Shown: positions 27,376-37,944 of the stretch, in pieces
Layout of the letters: each line of letters starts with the position of its first letter
Numbering within the stretch: the stretch's first letter is position 1
Sequence record: SRR31156797_6344
Reading direction: 5' to 3' (one strand)
Length of the DNA stretch: 64,000 nt
Position numbers and translations under genes: made by a program
The notes under the pieces: model-generated
Seen by the model: only the letters and a program-made list of their open reading frames with translations
The model's database searches: none
Told to the model about the DNA's origin: nothing

Positions 27376-28668
27376 ATGCGTGATTTAGTATTCGTTGTCT
27401 GTGCATTAATTCTGTTTTATTTTGCCGCTAAACGCCCATTTATTGGTGTTTCTATTTGGTTGTGGAGTGGGCTGTTTGTGCCCGTCCATTGGCTATATGG
27501 TTTTGCTAGTTCAATCAGTTACAACAGTATTTTTGCCGTAATGACGATTCTAGGGTTCATTATTAGCCGGAACAAAGCCAAGTTTCATTTAGACGCTCTA
27601 TTTGTGTTAGTTATTCTTTTCTTTCTTCATACAACGCTTACCAGTGCGACCACGGTAGCTATTCCGGCTTTGGTTTGGAGGGACTGGGAGAACTTTTTTA
27701 AAGTTATAATATTACTAATTTTTTCATGTTTGATTATACGAAAACAACATCACTTTAATTTGTATGTATGGGCAATAGTGCTCTCTATCGGCTTTATGGG
27801 CTTTGTCGAAGGACTTAAATTTATTGCTTCGGCTGGGGGACATAAAATTAAAGGACCTTCTGGTCATATATTGTCAGACAATAATCACATGGCTTTAGCT
27901 TTGTGTATGGTTTTACCTATGATTATTTACTTAGTCCACGTAACTAAAGAGAAAGTTCTTGTTTATGGTTTGAAAGTGATGTTGGTTGTCTGTGTCATAG
28001 CAATTTTGGGGACTTACTCTCGCGGCGGGATGATTGGCTTAGTATTCGTAGGAGGGTATTTTTTGCTAAAGAGTAAGCATAAAGCTCAAGTAGCAATGGT
28101 GTTGATGTTAGTCAGTTTGATAGGGGTTCAGTATCTGCCAGAGCACTGGTTCAACCGAATGGACTCTATAGAAACGGCATCTTCAGATGGATCGTTTATG
28201 AATAGAGTGAATTCGTGGAAGATACATACACTAATGGCAATTGAAAGGCCTATGGTTGGTGGTGGATTTAAATCGTCCCAATATGGGTACATATGGCGCA
28301 GTCTTGCAGTTGATATTGATAAGTTAAACTTTGTTAGTACTCCCCCTCCAGGCAATAAAGGTTGGGCTGCACACAGTATCTATTTTCAGGTTCTTGGCGA
28401 TCATGGGTTCGTTGGGCTAATACTTTTCTTGTTTTTAATTTTTTTGAGTTTTGTTAGGTTGAGTTCTATAGAGAAGTATTATAGGAAGGCCATTGGTGAG
28501 GAAGATTGGAGGTGTAAATTAAGTAAAATGGTTAAGATTTCGTTGCTAGCTTATTGTGTTTCAGGTGCTGCGCTTTCTCTAGCATATCTGGAGTTGTATT
28601 ACGCTATATTGGCTATAGTTGTTTGTTTAACCATCGTAAATAGAGTCGATCAAGCCAAAAGACGGTAG
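27376..28668 (+). CDS. O-antigen ligase/polymerase-like protein (putative exosortase A-associated O-glycosylation ligase)
   Basis: MRDL start, DNNHMA, GTYSRGG, AAHSIYFQVLGDHGFVGL, many TM helices. Confidence 0.88.
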   Translation: MRDLVFVVCALILFYFAAKRPFIGVSIWLWSGLFVPVHWLYGFASSISYNSIFAVMTILGFIISRNKAKFHLDALFVLVILFFLHTTLTSATTVAIPALVWRDWENFFKVIILLIFSCLIIRKQHHFNLYVWAIVLSIGFMGFVEGLKFIASAGGHKIKGPSGHILSDNNHMALALCMVLPMIIYLVHVTKEKVLVYGLKVMLVVCVIAILGTYSRGGMIGLVFVGGYFLLKSKHKAQVAMVLMLVSLIGVQYLPEHWFNRMDSIETASSDGSFMNRVNSWKIHTLMAIERPMVGGGFKSSQYGYIWRSLAVDIDKLNFVSTPPPGNKGWAAHSIYFQVLGDHGFVGLILFLFLIFLSFVRLSSIEKYYRKAIGEEDWRCKLSKMVKISLLAYCVSGAALSLAYLELYYAILAIVVCLTIVNRVDQAKRR

Positions 28669-28729
28669 TAGGGCTACAGCATCGCATAGAGGTAGGTTAG
28701 TAAGTTACAGAAAAAAAGCAACAATGAAA

Positions 28730-29626
28730 CTATATGTTTTGAGCTTTCTTAGATGGTGTATTATATAAGTAATTAATCACATCAAAAAAAACGTATATAT
28801 TAGTCAGCCTGATGTGTTTTAGCTTTTTTTCGTGATACGTCTGATTAATATTTTTTGGCAACACGCCAAAATTATCAACTTTATTTAAATATTCCCGAAT
28901 ACAGCTTTGCTGAAGGTGACGCAGACTGTATCTATGGATTCGTCTAATGTAAAGTCTAATGTTGTGAAAAGAATTTGGTGTTAGGCGGTGGTAGAAAAAA
29001 TATGCATCGCGACTGCCAACTAAGTAGCCATTGACGACCCCATTGCTTAGTTTAAAATCATGACTAGACACCCAAGCCAACAGGCTATCGTCACCAATGA
29101 GGCCGATAGGCAGCAGAAACTGTTCATTTGCGACTTTGTTTAAAAATCTTGGTGTAAGCGCGTAAAAATTTCCACTGAGAGCACTACCCTCGAGTGTTCG
29201 CTTAATGGTTGTCTCGGTGGTATTACCTCTTGTGCCTGGTACACCTGCAACGATATAAGCATTTGGTGAGCTAGCATAGGTATCGAGTAAGGCTCTTATT
29301 GACTGATGCGCAATTGTGCAATCTCCATCCACGAACACCGTAAATGACTTATCGCTTGCATCATCGAGAGTGATAGCGTAATTCCATGCATTGGATTTGT
29401 CACCAAGCTTTAACTCATAAACTGCCCAGTTCTCAAGATTTTCACAGTATTTTTTGGCAATTCCATATGTATTGTCAGTACAACCATTAGCGATGACACT
29501 GACGATAGCATCAGAATGAGAAGCGAGATCCAATGCGAGCTTAATTGAATTAAGACACTCCTCGATAAATTGAGCTTCATTATAGGCCACAATGTTAACT
29601 CTAACTTGTTGCTTACTACCTAGCAT
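28730..29626 (-). CDS. Glycosyltransferase family 2
   Basis: AYNEA, NGCTDNT, GDKSNAWN, FVDGD, GDD. Confidence 0.85.
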   Translation of the reverse strand: MLGSKQQVRVNIVAYNEAQFIEECLNSIKLALDLASHSDAIVSVIANGCTDNTYGIAKKYCENLENWAVYELKLGDKSNAWNYAITLDDASDKSFTVFVDGDCTIAHQSIRALLDTYASSPNAYIVAGVPGTRGNTTETTIKRTLEGSALSGNFYALTPRFLNKVANEQFLLPIGLIGDDSLLAWVSSHDFKLSNGVVNGYLVGSRDAYFFYHRLTPNSFHNIRLYIRRIHRYSLRHLQQSCIREYLNKVDNFGVLPKNINQTYHEKKLKHIRLTNIYVFFDVINYLYNTPSKKAQNI

Positions 29627-29635
29627 ATTATGTCC

Positions 29636-30739
29636 TCAGTATTGTTGTATGACTTTTACCCATTGTCGAATAATGGCATCAGGTGAATAAATCGCTGAAC
29701 GTTGGTGAGCAAGCTCACTGAATTTATTACGTAATTGGCTATCTGTGATAAATTCTTCAATTGAGTTTGCCAAACTTGTTATATCTCCGGATTGAAGAAG
29801 TTGTCCGTAATCTTTAGAAATAATTTCCGAAGGCCCCATAGGGCAATCGTATGCTATAACAGGTAATCCTTGTCCCATGGCTTCTATCAGAGTTAGTCCA
29901 AAACCTTCATATCGTGAACTTAATACGTAGACAGAAGCTTGCTGATATTCTTTCTCTACGTCTTTGCTTTCGGGCATGAGCTGGACGCAATTTGCTAGGC
30001 TATGCTTATTTATTATTTCTTCTAACTTGGGCCTTGCACTTCCATTTGGGCCGACAATTCTCAGTATCCAGTTATTTCTTTTAATTTCAGAAATTTGGCT
30101 CCAAGCTTCAATCAGCAGATCGAAGCCTTTTTGCTCCGTCATCCTGCCCATAGCGAGGACTATGTTCTGGCGGTTGGTGTTATCTACGATGGCCGTTCTA
30201 GGGACTGGTAATGGATTGGGAATCACCACAAGTTTTGCCTTATTTGTATTGAGTTGGTCTATCCAATTCTTTTTATCAGATTCTGTCAGTACAATAATTT
30301 TGCTGCAGAGTAATGATGCTAGCCGTCTTCCAAACCACCGGCTGCCGAAAGTAGTAACAATTTTTGAGTTGAAGTGTTCCCAGCCTATATGTTTTTTGCA
30401 CAGTAGAGGGAGAGTGGAAAACAGGCACATTTGAGTATCACAACTGACATAAAGGTCAGCTTTGATATGCTTTATCTTTTTGGCAATAATGACAGGTAGA
30501 GAAAGTTTATTAAATTTGGATATAGACGTTTTTCTTTCGAATAACACCATTCTATCTACTTGATTATCTAGTAAAAAAAAAGGCTCGTCGTTTGCTTCAG
30601 TTTGGCTTATGACTGTTATTTTGTAATTAAGACGATTTAGTTCATTGCAGATGAGAACGCACATCCTTTCTGTACCGCCGAGTTGAGTAATATCATTAAT
30701 CAGAAAAACGATGTGCTTAGTTGCCGTTTGCTTATTCAT
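29636..30739 (-). CDS. Glycosyltransferase family 4
   Basis: GGTER, GRMTEQKGFDLL, SRYEGFGLTLIEAM. Confidence 0.92.
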   Translation of the reverse strand: MNKQTATKHIVFLINDITQLGGTERMCVLICNELNRLNYKITVISQTEANDEPFFLLDNQVDRMVLFERKTSISKFNKLSLPVIIAKKIKHIKADLYVSCDTQMCLFSTLPLLCKKHIGWEHFNSKIVTTFGSRWFGRRLASLLCSKIIVLTESDKKNWIDQLNTNKAKLVVIPNPLPVPRTAIVDNTNRQNIVLAMGRMTEQKGFDLLIEAWSQISEIKRNNWILRIVGPNGSARPKLEEIINKHSLANCVQLMPESKDVEKEYQQASVYVLSSRYEGFGLTLIEAMGQGLPVIAYDCPMGPSEIISKDYGQLLQSGDITSLANSIEEFITDSQLRNKFSELAHQRSAIYSPDAIIRQWVKVIQQY

Positions 30740-30763
30740 AATAATTCGCTTAAGTAGATTGAG

Positions 30764-31921
30764 TTACACTTGAACCTTTGGTGTTTTCTGCTCGCAGCTA
30801 AATAAGTGAGTAATACATTTAGCATTGTTTTGCCAGGTTAATCCACGTTCTGTTATAGTTTTTTGTGCACCTTTCTGAAGCTGTTGTCTAAAGTTGTCGT
30901 CATCGATAATTTTTTTTATTCCACTAATCATGTTCTGGGGTTCGCTGTGATCAAACAAAACAGCATTAACATTATTGACCAGAAGTTCTTTGATATTAGG
31001 CGTATCGGGAGCAACGATGGCTTTACCTTTAGCTAGATACTCTATTAGTTTAAGTGGGGAAGCCCATGGTGTTACTGCTGGTTGAATAGCGATGTCGATT
31101 TGGTCAAGCCAAAAAGGCATATCTGAACGTTCTACTAATCCCGTGATCTGAAAGTTCTTTTCAATATTCAAGTTTTTTGCTTGATGTTTTAGCTGTTCGG
31201 CAACAGGGCCATCACCAACAATCAGAAAAACTAAATTCGGATTTTGTTCTTTTGCAATTAAGGTCATTACTTCATCAAGTCTGTGCCATTCACGGCAAAA
31301 TCCTACAAATCCAATAACAAGTTTGTTCTGGTATCTTTCATTTCTATTATTCTTAACGGAAGGATAAAAATACTCAGGGTCGATACCATTAGGTATGACA
31401 GTAATGTTTTCTTCGGGTATTCCCGCCTCAATAATATAGCTCGCCAAAACTTTTGTGACAGGTAGAACTTGCTCTGCATTCTTCCAAGTATAGTGCTCTG
31501 TCCATTTGGCTAGGCGCTCTAAACTCAGCCCACCGTATTTCTGACGTTCATTAAACAGGGGGGAGTTTACTTCTAACAATAGCTTAAGTTTGAACAGTTT
31601 CTTCGCCCAGACACCTGCGGGTAAAAACAAGTTGTAGCGTTCATAGATAGCGTCTGGCTTATGTATAACTATGGCTCTACACAATTTGTAAAATGCGATA
31701 AAGCTATAAGCGAACTCTAGCAGTTCAGATATGGGTTTAGGCAGAGTTGCGCGTATCTTGGAAACTAATCCTCCGTCACTACCAAATTTTGCTTGTTGTG
31801 TTTGTTCAGGAGCAACAACTATCACTTCATGTCCTAACGCATTCAATGCTTTTAGGATCTCTTCGATATGAACATATTGGCCATCTTTTGAAGCAATTCG
31901 ATGATGATAAAGTATTTTCAT
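30764..31921 (-). CDS. Glycosyltransferase family 4
   Basis: HHRIASKDGQYVHI, IYERY, PNGID, SPLKLIEYLA. Confidence 0.92.
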   Translation of the reverse strand: MKILYHHRIASKDGQYVHIEEILKALNALGHEVIVVAPEQTQQAKFGSDGGLVSKIRATLPKPISELLEFAYSFIAFYKLCRAIVIHKPDAIYERYNLFLPAGVWAKKLFKLKLLLEVNSPLFNERQKYGGLSLERLAKWTEHYTWKNAEQVLPVTKVLASYIIEAGIPEENITVIPNGIDPEYFYPSVKNNRNERYQNKLVIGFVGFCREWHRLDEVMTLIAKEQNPNLVFLIVGDGPVAEQLKHQAKNLNIEKNFQITGLVERSDMPFWLDQIDIAIQPAVTPWASPLKLIEYLAKGKAIVAPDTPNIKELLVNNVNAVLFDHSEPQNMISGIKKIIDDDNFRQQLQKGAQKTITERGLTWQNNAKCITHLFSCEQKTPKVQV

Positions 31922-31989
31922 TTTTGTGTGTTCTTACTTATGTATTGAAATCGAAACTGATACTTGTAGGTAAATGGGGTGATCGACAT

Positions 31990-33213
31990 CTAAGTTAAAC
32001 TATCGATTTGATTCACCACTGTGCATCCCTCAGTGCTAAGTATCAGGTTAAAAATTTTATACTGCGCCTCAGAAGTCGCGTCCCATTTGAAGTTTTCTGC
32101 GTAGGAACGAGTCTCTTCCCGATGAGCATGCTTTTCTAGCAATTGGAGAATACCTTGACGAATGGATTCTGCCGTCCGTTGCACCAGGCAGCCAATATCG
32201 CTATTTTGAACAACTTCTGGCGTTCCCCAGATATCAGTTGCGACCACTGGTGTGCCACATGCCATAGATTCAAGCAACACATTTGCCCATCCTTCTCTAC
32301 TAGAGGCGAGCACTAGCAAATCGCTTGCCCCGTAGTACATAGCTAGGTCAGATTGGCTCACGCTGCCGATAAAATGTACATTATTAGTGACATTGAGCTC
32401 AGAGGATAAACTTTCCAGAGACGTTCTTTCAGGTCCATCACCCACAATAATCAAAGTGGTGTTGGGAAGCTCTGATACGGCTTCAATGACGAGGTGATGT
32501 CCTTTACGCTCAATTAAATGACCTACTGAAATCACCAATGTTTGATCAAGTGGCAAGCCAAGTTGCTTCCTAAGTTCGGTTTGTCTGTTGGTATCAGAAA
32601 ATGGAAAAAGTTCTAGGTCAACTCCGTTTCGTAAAGTACTTACCTGACTTGGCGATGCGCCCATCGCGATCATCTCTTGCCTCAATGCTTCACAAACGGC
32701 CATGTTGTGGTTGCTTGTTTGCAAAACGTGTTGGATTTGCTTTTTAGGCTTGTTGAACTGAGGGATCAAGTTAATGTCGGTTCCTCGTGCGGTAACCGTA
32801 AATGGTTTGCCTAATTTCTTTGCCACCATTTCAATAGCCACGCCATCTGGATAGAAATAGTGTCCATCAATCAAATCAAAATCATACCCGCTGGCGATGA
32901 GTTTTTTCGCTTGTTTATAGATGGCTTTAGCAAGTGTTATTGGCGCTAGCGTCATCCCTACCTTTGGAACAACAAGATATTGAGGGTGATAAACTTCAAT
33001 ACCATGACGAACCTCAAACGATGGAGCTTTAGCGTATTCACTATAACTTCCAAACATTTTATGAGTGAACGGAAAGTAGGGAATTGGAGCGATAACTTTA
33101 GCTTCTACATTTGGGTAATGTCGCATTAAATGGCGCAGGCGTGTTTCAATAAAAATTCCGTGTTTAGGATTATTGGCGTAAGGAAACAAGGTAGACACAG
33201 TCAAAATTTTCAT
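31990..33213 (-). CDS. Glycosyltransferase family 4 (TuaC-like)
   Basis: HYFYPDG, TARGTD, GHLIERKG, EGWANVLLESMACG. Confidence 0.92.
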   Translation of the reverse strand: MKILTVSTLFPYANNPKHGIFIETRLRHLMRHYPNVEAKVIAPIPYFPFTHKMFGSYSEYAKAPSFEVRHGIEVYHPQYLVVPKVGMTLAPITLAKAIYKQAKKLIASGYDFDLIDGHYFYPDGVAIEMVAKKLGKPFTVTARGTDINLIPQFNKPKKQIQHVLQTSNHNMAVCEALRQEMIAMGASPSQVSTLRNGVDLELFPFSDTNRQTELRKQLGLPLDQTLVISVGHLIERKGHHLVIEAVSELPNTTLIIVGDGPERTSLESLSSELNVTNNVHFIGSVSQSDLAMYYGASDLLVLASSREGWANVLLESMACGTPVVATDIWGTPEVVQNSDIGCLVQRTAESIRQGILQLLEKHAHREETRSYAENFKWDATSEAQYKIFNLILSTEGCTVVNQIDSLT

Positions 33214-33224
33214 AACGTTACTAC

Positions 33225-35105
33225 CTATTGTCTATTGAGAAACTGAGAAAGCATGAGCAGACTCCAAAGTGAATCACCATGGTCGCTTTTACCACTGGTG
33301 TGTGCATTAACTAAGGTTGTTAAGCTCTTCGTGTCAAAATAACCACTATCAAACATTGCCTGAGAAAGCACGTTTTCCTCTAGTTTTTGCTTAAGAGGCC
33401 CTCTAAACCATTGAGCAATGGGTATACTAAACCCCATTTTAGGTCGATAAAGAATGTCTTTATCAACAAAAGGTTCTAACGCTTTTTTGAAAGCGAACTT
33501 GCCTTGATTGTTTTGTATATTATCTGCACTTTTTATCGCAAATGCCCATTCGATGAGTTTGTGGTCGAGCAGTGGTGCTCGTACTTCTAATGAGTTAGCC
33601 ATACTGGCACGATCCATTTTGGTTAAAATTCCTCCGGGTAACCATGTTTTAAAATCCAAATATTGAATGAACTTAAGTGGGTCGTCAGTTGGGGCATTCG
33701 AAGCATGTTGTTTGATGATGTCTAGCCCTGAGTAGCCATTCAATGAAGTTAAATAACGCGAGTCGAAGAGCTTGTGTCGTTGTTCTGATCTTAAGCGAGA
33801 CATTGTGTTGCCATAGGCATCAACCGCGTTCATCGCGAGTGACTGAAAAGTGGTTTTGGCTCTAAAGCGTTGAGGTGCCCAGTCGGCTTTAGGATAGAGC
33901 TTACCTAAAGTACCAAACACTGGTTTACGAAAGGCGTAGGGGAGTTTGTTACGTAAGTTAGATTCCGCTAACTGCAATCGATGGCGTCTGTAACCGGCAA
34001 AAATTTCATCGCCGCCATCTCCAGACAGCGCAACTTTGACTGACCCTCGTGCTAGTTGACAAACCCGGTAAGTGGGCAGAGCAGAGCTGTCGGCAAAGGG
34101 CTCATCGTATATATCTGTAAGCTTATCAATCAGGCCATATTCTTGCGAGGAGACGATTTTTGATGAGTGATTGGTATGATAGCGTTCGGCAATACGAGTG
34201 GCGTACTCACTCTCATCGTAGGCTTGTTCGTTGAATCCTATCGAACAGGTATTGACGGATTGATCTTGTAGCCCTGCCATCAAAGCGACTATTGCACTTG
34301 AATCAACACCACCAGATAAAAACGCACCGAGTGGCACATCCGCCAACATTCTTATTTGAACGGCTTCTTGAATGCGCGTGATCAAATCATGTTGTACCTC
34401 TTCCCATGACAAATATTGCGAAGGAGAAGGTAAGTCCCAGTATTTTATTTGTTGAACCTGACTATCCGGTGCGAGCAGTAAATAGTGTCCGGCATTGAGC
34501 TTATGGATATTTTTATAAGCAGTATAGGGATCTGGGACATAGCCAAACATAAGAAATTCTTCGGCCATCTCATTACGAAGTGTTCTATCAACGTCAGGAT
34601 GAGCAAGCAGTACCTTTAGTTCGGAAGCGAAGATCAACTGACCTTTATTCGTCACAGTATAGTGAAGAGGCTTTTTACCTAAACGATCTCGCGCAATAAA
34701 CAACTGCTTTGTATTTAGATCCCATACAGCAAAGGTGTACATACCTTGAAATCGATCTAAACAGCGAGTTCCCCACTGTTCCCAAGCATGTACGATTACT
34801 TCCGTATCAGAATGCGTGGAGAACTCATGTCCTAACTGAGTAAGCTCATCCACTAAAGATTTGAAGTTATATATTTCGCCATTAAATACGACACAAACGG
34901 AGTCATTTTCATTGAAGACAGGTTGGTGTCCACCTGACAAATCGATGATAGATAACCGGCGATGAGCAAGGCCAACGAACTCGTCTATGTAATAGCCTTC
35001 GTCATCCGGACCGCGATGGCTTTGAACGTTGTTAATCGCTTTTAGTAAACCCTGTTCGATAGAGTTTTTAGGCGTTATATTGAAAATACCTGAGATTCCA
35101 CACAT
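33225..35105 (-). CDS. asnB: Asparagine synthase-like glutamine amidotransferase (XrtA/PEP-CTERM system type)
   Basis: MCGI Ntn start, HRGPD, RLSIID, FNGEIYN, LSGGVDSS, SGDGGDEIFAGY. Confidence 0.92.
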   Translation of the reverse strand: MCGISGIFNITPKNSIEQGLLKAINNVQSHRGPDDEGYYIDEFVGLAHRRLSIIDLSGGHQPVFNENDSVCVVFNGEIYNFKSLVDELTQLGHEFSTHSDTEVIVHAWEQWGTRCLDRFQGMYTFAVWDLNTKQLFIARDRLGKKPLHYTVTNKGQLIFASELKVLLAHPDVDRTLRNEMAEEFLMFGYVPDPYTAYKNIHKLNAGHYLLLAPDSQVQQIKYWDLPSPSQYLSWEEVQHDLITRIQEAVQIRMLADVPLGAFLSGGVDSSAIVALMAGLQDQSVNTCSIGFNEQAYDESEYATRIAERYHTNHSSKIVSSQEYGLIDKLTDIYDEPFADSSALPTYRVCQLARGSVKVALSGDGGDEIFAGYRRHRLQLAESNLRNKLPYAFRKPVFGTLGKLYPKADWAPQRFRAKTTFQSLAMNAVDAYGNTMSRLRSEQRHKLFDSRYLTSLNGYSGLDIIKQHASNAPTDDPLKFIQYLDFKTWLPGGILTKMDRASMANSLEVRAPLLDHKLIEWAFAIKSADNIQNNQGKFAFKKALEPFVDKDILYRPKMGFSIPIAQWFRGPLKQKLEENVLSQAMFDSGYFDTKSLTTLVNAHTSGKSDHGDSLWSLLMLSQFLNRQ

Positions 35106-35109
35106 ACAA

Positions 35110-35304
35110 TTAGCACTCCGCTTTAATCGGTTTAGTCATCCCTTTTCTAGCAAATGAGAGTGGTTTTTCTACAGTGACAAACAATAGTGTAGATGCAATG
35201 AATGTGAGTATGAAAACCGGCCCCATAAGACCATAGAACCACAAATCCCATTGATGATTGGCTGGGATGAGATAACCCACGCGAAAATAATAACTATCTA
35301 TCAT
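35110..35304 (-). pseudogene. 64-aa ORF resembling the C-terminal end of an acyltransferase-3 (OafA-like) protein; probable deletion remnant
   Basis: Hydrophobic helix ending ASTLLFVTVEKPLS resembles the family's terminal vE.P motif; the ORF exactly fills the xrtA-asnB gap. Confidence 0.5.
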
Positions 35305-36730
35305 TAGCTAATATCCTCCTATCCTTCAATATAGAATTTGAAAAATTTCTTTGTAGCTCTACAAAGTTCATCGTACTGCTGTAAATGGCAGAAATACTTA
35401 AGGATATTTTTTGGTTTGTAATGATGTAGTAAGATTTTAGTAGTTTTATTTTTAACTTGTTATTGGAACAATAATTATTGATACAGTACCAATAAATGAT
35501 TCTTTTTGAGTTACCATCTTTATTTACAAGTGATACTCCTGCTGCTTGGCTTTTATTAACATCGAGCGTGAGTAGTTTGTCTATTGTCCAGGTTTCTTTG
35601 TCATAAAGAGAGTTCTGGCTGGTTATTAAGTCTGACCGATTCTTTTCAGTGTAATAAGCAATATGGAAAAAATTAAACGAGCTGTCTGGTGAAGACTCGA
35701 TAACAACTTGATCGGCGGGTGGTAACTTAATGTTCCAGTTAGATAGCTGAGCTGTTGGGTTAACAGTGTTGTTGTCGATGGTTGTGTTGCTATAGATGGA
35801 ATTTAGCCAAAGAGTCGTACTGACTAATAGAAAAATGATTGCAGACAGTGACAGCGGAAGATGATTATCTTTAGTTTCTAAAGGGGATTTCTGAGCAGTG
35901 CTTAAGGCTTCTGTTTCAATAACGTTATCTTGAAAATACCAAGCAACATAGAACATCATGATAGTCACCATGGCAAAAAATACCCATCCGTAAATGAGAT
36001 GGTCAGCGCCTGTCGCATACTTCATATCACTCAGGTAACCGATCATAATGATTCCATAGGCTCGTATCCCATTTGCGAGGATCGGGAATAGACATGCAAA
36101 TATTACGAAAAGACCAAACTTCCACTTCTTGACGAAAAAGAAGTTTGCAAACAGGGTTCCTAATGCAATGCTTGATATTAGGAAACGGATTCCAGAACAT
36201 GCTTCTGCTACTTCAAACTTACCGTTGGGGATTGTTAGATATAAACCCTCTCTAAAGACCGGCACGCCAGATAGCCTAACCATCATGACAGAGAAGTACG
36301 CAGTGACTTTTTGAAGATAAGGAATTAATTCTTCTCCAAAAGGAATGCAGAACACAAGATAAAATAAGGGGAACTGCAGTAGTTTGGCGAGTTGGTTACC
36401 GATTAAAGCCCAAATGATTAACTGTAAGCTCGTCACCGCTGCGATGTGTTCAAAGAAGGCGATGCCAGCTACTCTTCCCACCAGCCAAAGTAAACAAGGC
36501 AAGACAAGTAGTATAATTGGTAAAAAGGCTGTGTCGAGCGGGCAGTCTTTTATCTGATCTTTCTTTTGCCATATTAACCACAGGCTAATAGGTAAAATTA
36601 AATATGAGTGTTCATAAGTTTTTGAGTTAGACCAAACTCCGACCATATCCTGAAGAGATGACCAGTAAACAAACAGCCAAACTAAAAGGGGGAGACCAAA
36701 GCGAGCAACTAGACGAACGTTAAGACTCAT
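35294..36730 (-). CDS. xrtA: Exosortase A with C-terminal EpsI-like domain
   Basis: Catalytic triad motifs VAEACSGIRFL (Cys), ANGIR (Arg), ADHLIYGWVFF (His); TYEH, IPFGE; multi-TM. Confidence 0.95.
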   Translation of the reverse strand: MSLNVRLVARFGLPLLVWLFVYWSSLQDMVGVWSNSKTYEHSYLILPISLWLIWQKKDQIKDCPLDTAFLPIILLVLPCLLWLVGRVAGIAFFEHIAAVTSLQLIIWALIGNQLAKLLQFPLFYLVFCIPFGEELIPYLQKVTAYFSVMMVRLSGVPVFREGLYLTIPNGKFEVAEACSGIRFLISSIALGTLFANFFFVKKWKFGLFVIFACLFPILANGIRAYGIIMIGYLSDMKYATGADHLIYGWVFFAMVTIMMFYVAWYFQDNVIETEALSTAQKSPLETKDNHLPLSLSAIIFLLVSTTLWLNSIYSNTTIDNNTVNPTAQLSNWNIKLPPADQVVIESSPDSSFNFFHIAYYTEKNRSDLITSQNSLYDKETWTIDKLLTLDVNKSQAAGVSLVNKDGNSKRIIYWYCINNYCSNNKLKIKLLKSYYIITNQKISLSISAIYSSTMNFVELQRNFSNSILKDRRILANDR

Positions 36731-37940
36731 GAGAATACTCTAAGTAATTGATCAGCGGTCTAAGTTTCGCTTCCCAACTGTAGTGGTTTTCCAACCAAGA
36801 ACGGGATAATGAAGCTTTAACAGGTGCCTTCGTAAGCAAATCGCTTGCCCATTTCACATGCATCTCCGGTGAGTTCGAAACAAATACGCCTTCAGTTGGG
36901 TAATCGTCAATTCCTTCTATGCCGAGCTGTGTGGTTATGACCGGGAGCTCCATTGCCATCGCTTCGAGGATCTTGTTTTGAATACCACGAGCGATTTGCA
37001 TAGGCGCTACGGAGGCTTTGGCATAGTACATGTAAGGTCTCACATCCTCTACACGTCCGGTTACGATAACGCCTGGGATTTTTTGGAGCTCAATGACGTC
37101 TTTAGTTGGTGACGACCCTACGATGTAAAATAGACTATCAGGTTGCGCGCGTTTAACTTCTTGCCACACATTGTCAACGAACCAAGTAACTGCATCAGCG
37201 TTTGCCCAATAATCCATAGCGCCAGTAAAAACAAGATAGTTTTGCTCGCTCAAAGGGTAACCTTCAGCCAGTTTGTGTTGTGCTAACGGAGAAAAGAACT
37301 CACTATCAAGTCCATTTCCCAGAGTCTGGATTTTGCTTTTTTCATCTGGAGATACCAGTGAACGAAACAGCTCTGTTTCGGTATCTGAGATGAAACAACT
37401 AATGTCACATGACTGAGCAACATGCTTTTCGTACTCTTCGAGAGTTTTGTGTTCTCGATTGTAAATCCAGCGCATAATTCCCTCGGTTTTACCTGCATAT
37501 TGTTTCCATTTATCGGAATCAATATCTGCAAAATGCATTACTTTGTGCATTTCTGGCACACTTGGATTTAATACATATTGAGCCATACAACCAGAATAGA
37601 TCAGTGCCTTGGGTATTTTATTATCAGATACCGTCTTGCTAACCCAACGTTGCATAGATGTACTGAAGTAATGGGGCAGAGTAATAGGATCGCCAGAAAT
37701 AAAGGCTTGTAACCCTTTTAACTTCGCTAATTTAGGGTTTAAATCGACGAAAAATGCTTCTTTACATAAAGCTTGAACATCTTTTTTGTATTGATGATCG
37801 TAAGGGTCGTCAATAAAGCATCCAAGGTAAACATCGTAATGCTGATTAAGGAACTTTAGGATGTTGCATGTCGTTATTTTATCGCCTTTATTCGCCGGAA
37901 ATGGAATTCGGTGGCAAAGGTACAGTAGTTTTTCTTTCAT
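36720..37940 (-). CDS. GT4 glycosyltransferase, XrtA/PEP-CTERM-associated (start taken at ATG 37940)
   Basis: HRIPFPANKGDKI, DIDSDKW, FTGAMDYWANADA, ARGIQNKILEAMAM. Confidence 0.9.
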   Translation of the reverse strand: MKEKLLYLCHRIPFPANKGDKITTCNILKFLNQHYDVYLGCFIDDPYDHQYKKDVQALCKEAFFVDLNPKLAKLKGLQAFISGDPITLPHYFSTSMQRWVSKTVSDNKIPKALIYSGCMAQYVLNPSVPEMHKVMHFADIDSDKWKQYAGKTEGIMRWIYNREHKTLEEYEKHVAQSCDISCFISDTETELFRSLVSPDEKSKIQTLGNGLDSEFFSPLAQHKLAEGYPLSEQNYLVFTGAMDYWANADAVTWFVDNVWQEVKRAQPDSLFYIVGSSPTKDVIELQKIPGVIVTGRVEDVRPYMYYAKASVAPMQIARGIQNKILEAMAMELPVITTQLGIEGIDDYPTEGVFVSNSPEMHVKWASDLLTKAPVKASLSRSWLENHYSWEAKLRPLINYLEYSHES

Positions 37941-37944
37941 CACG

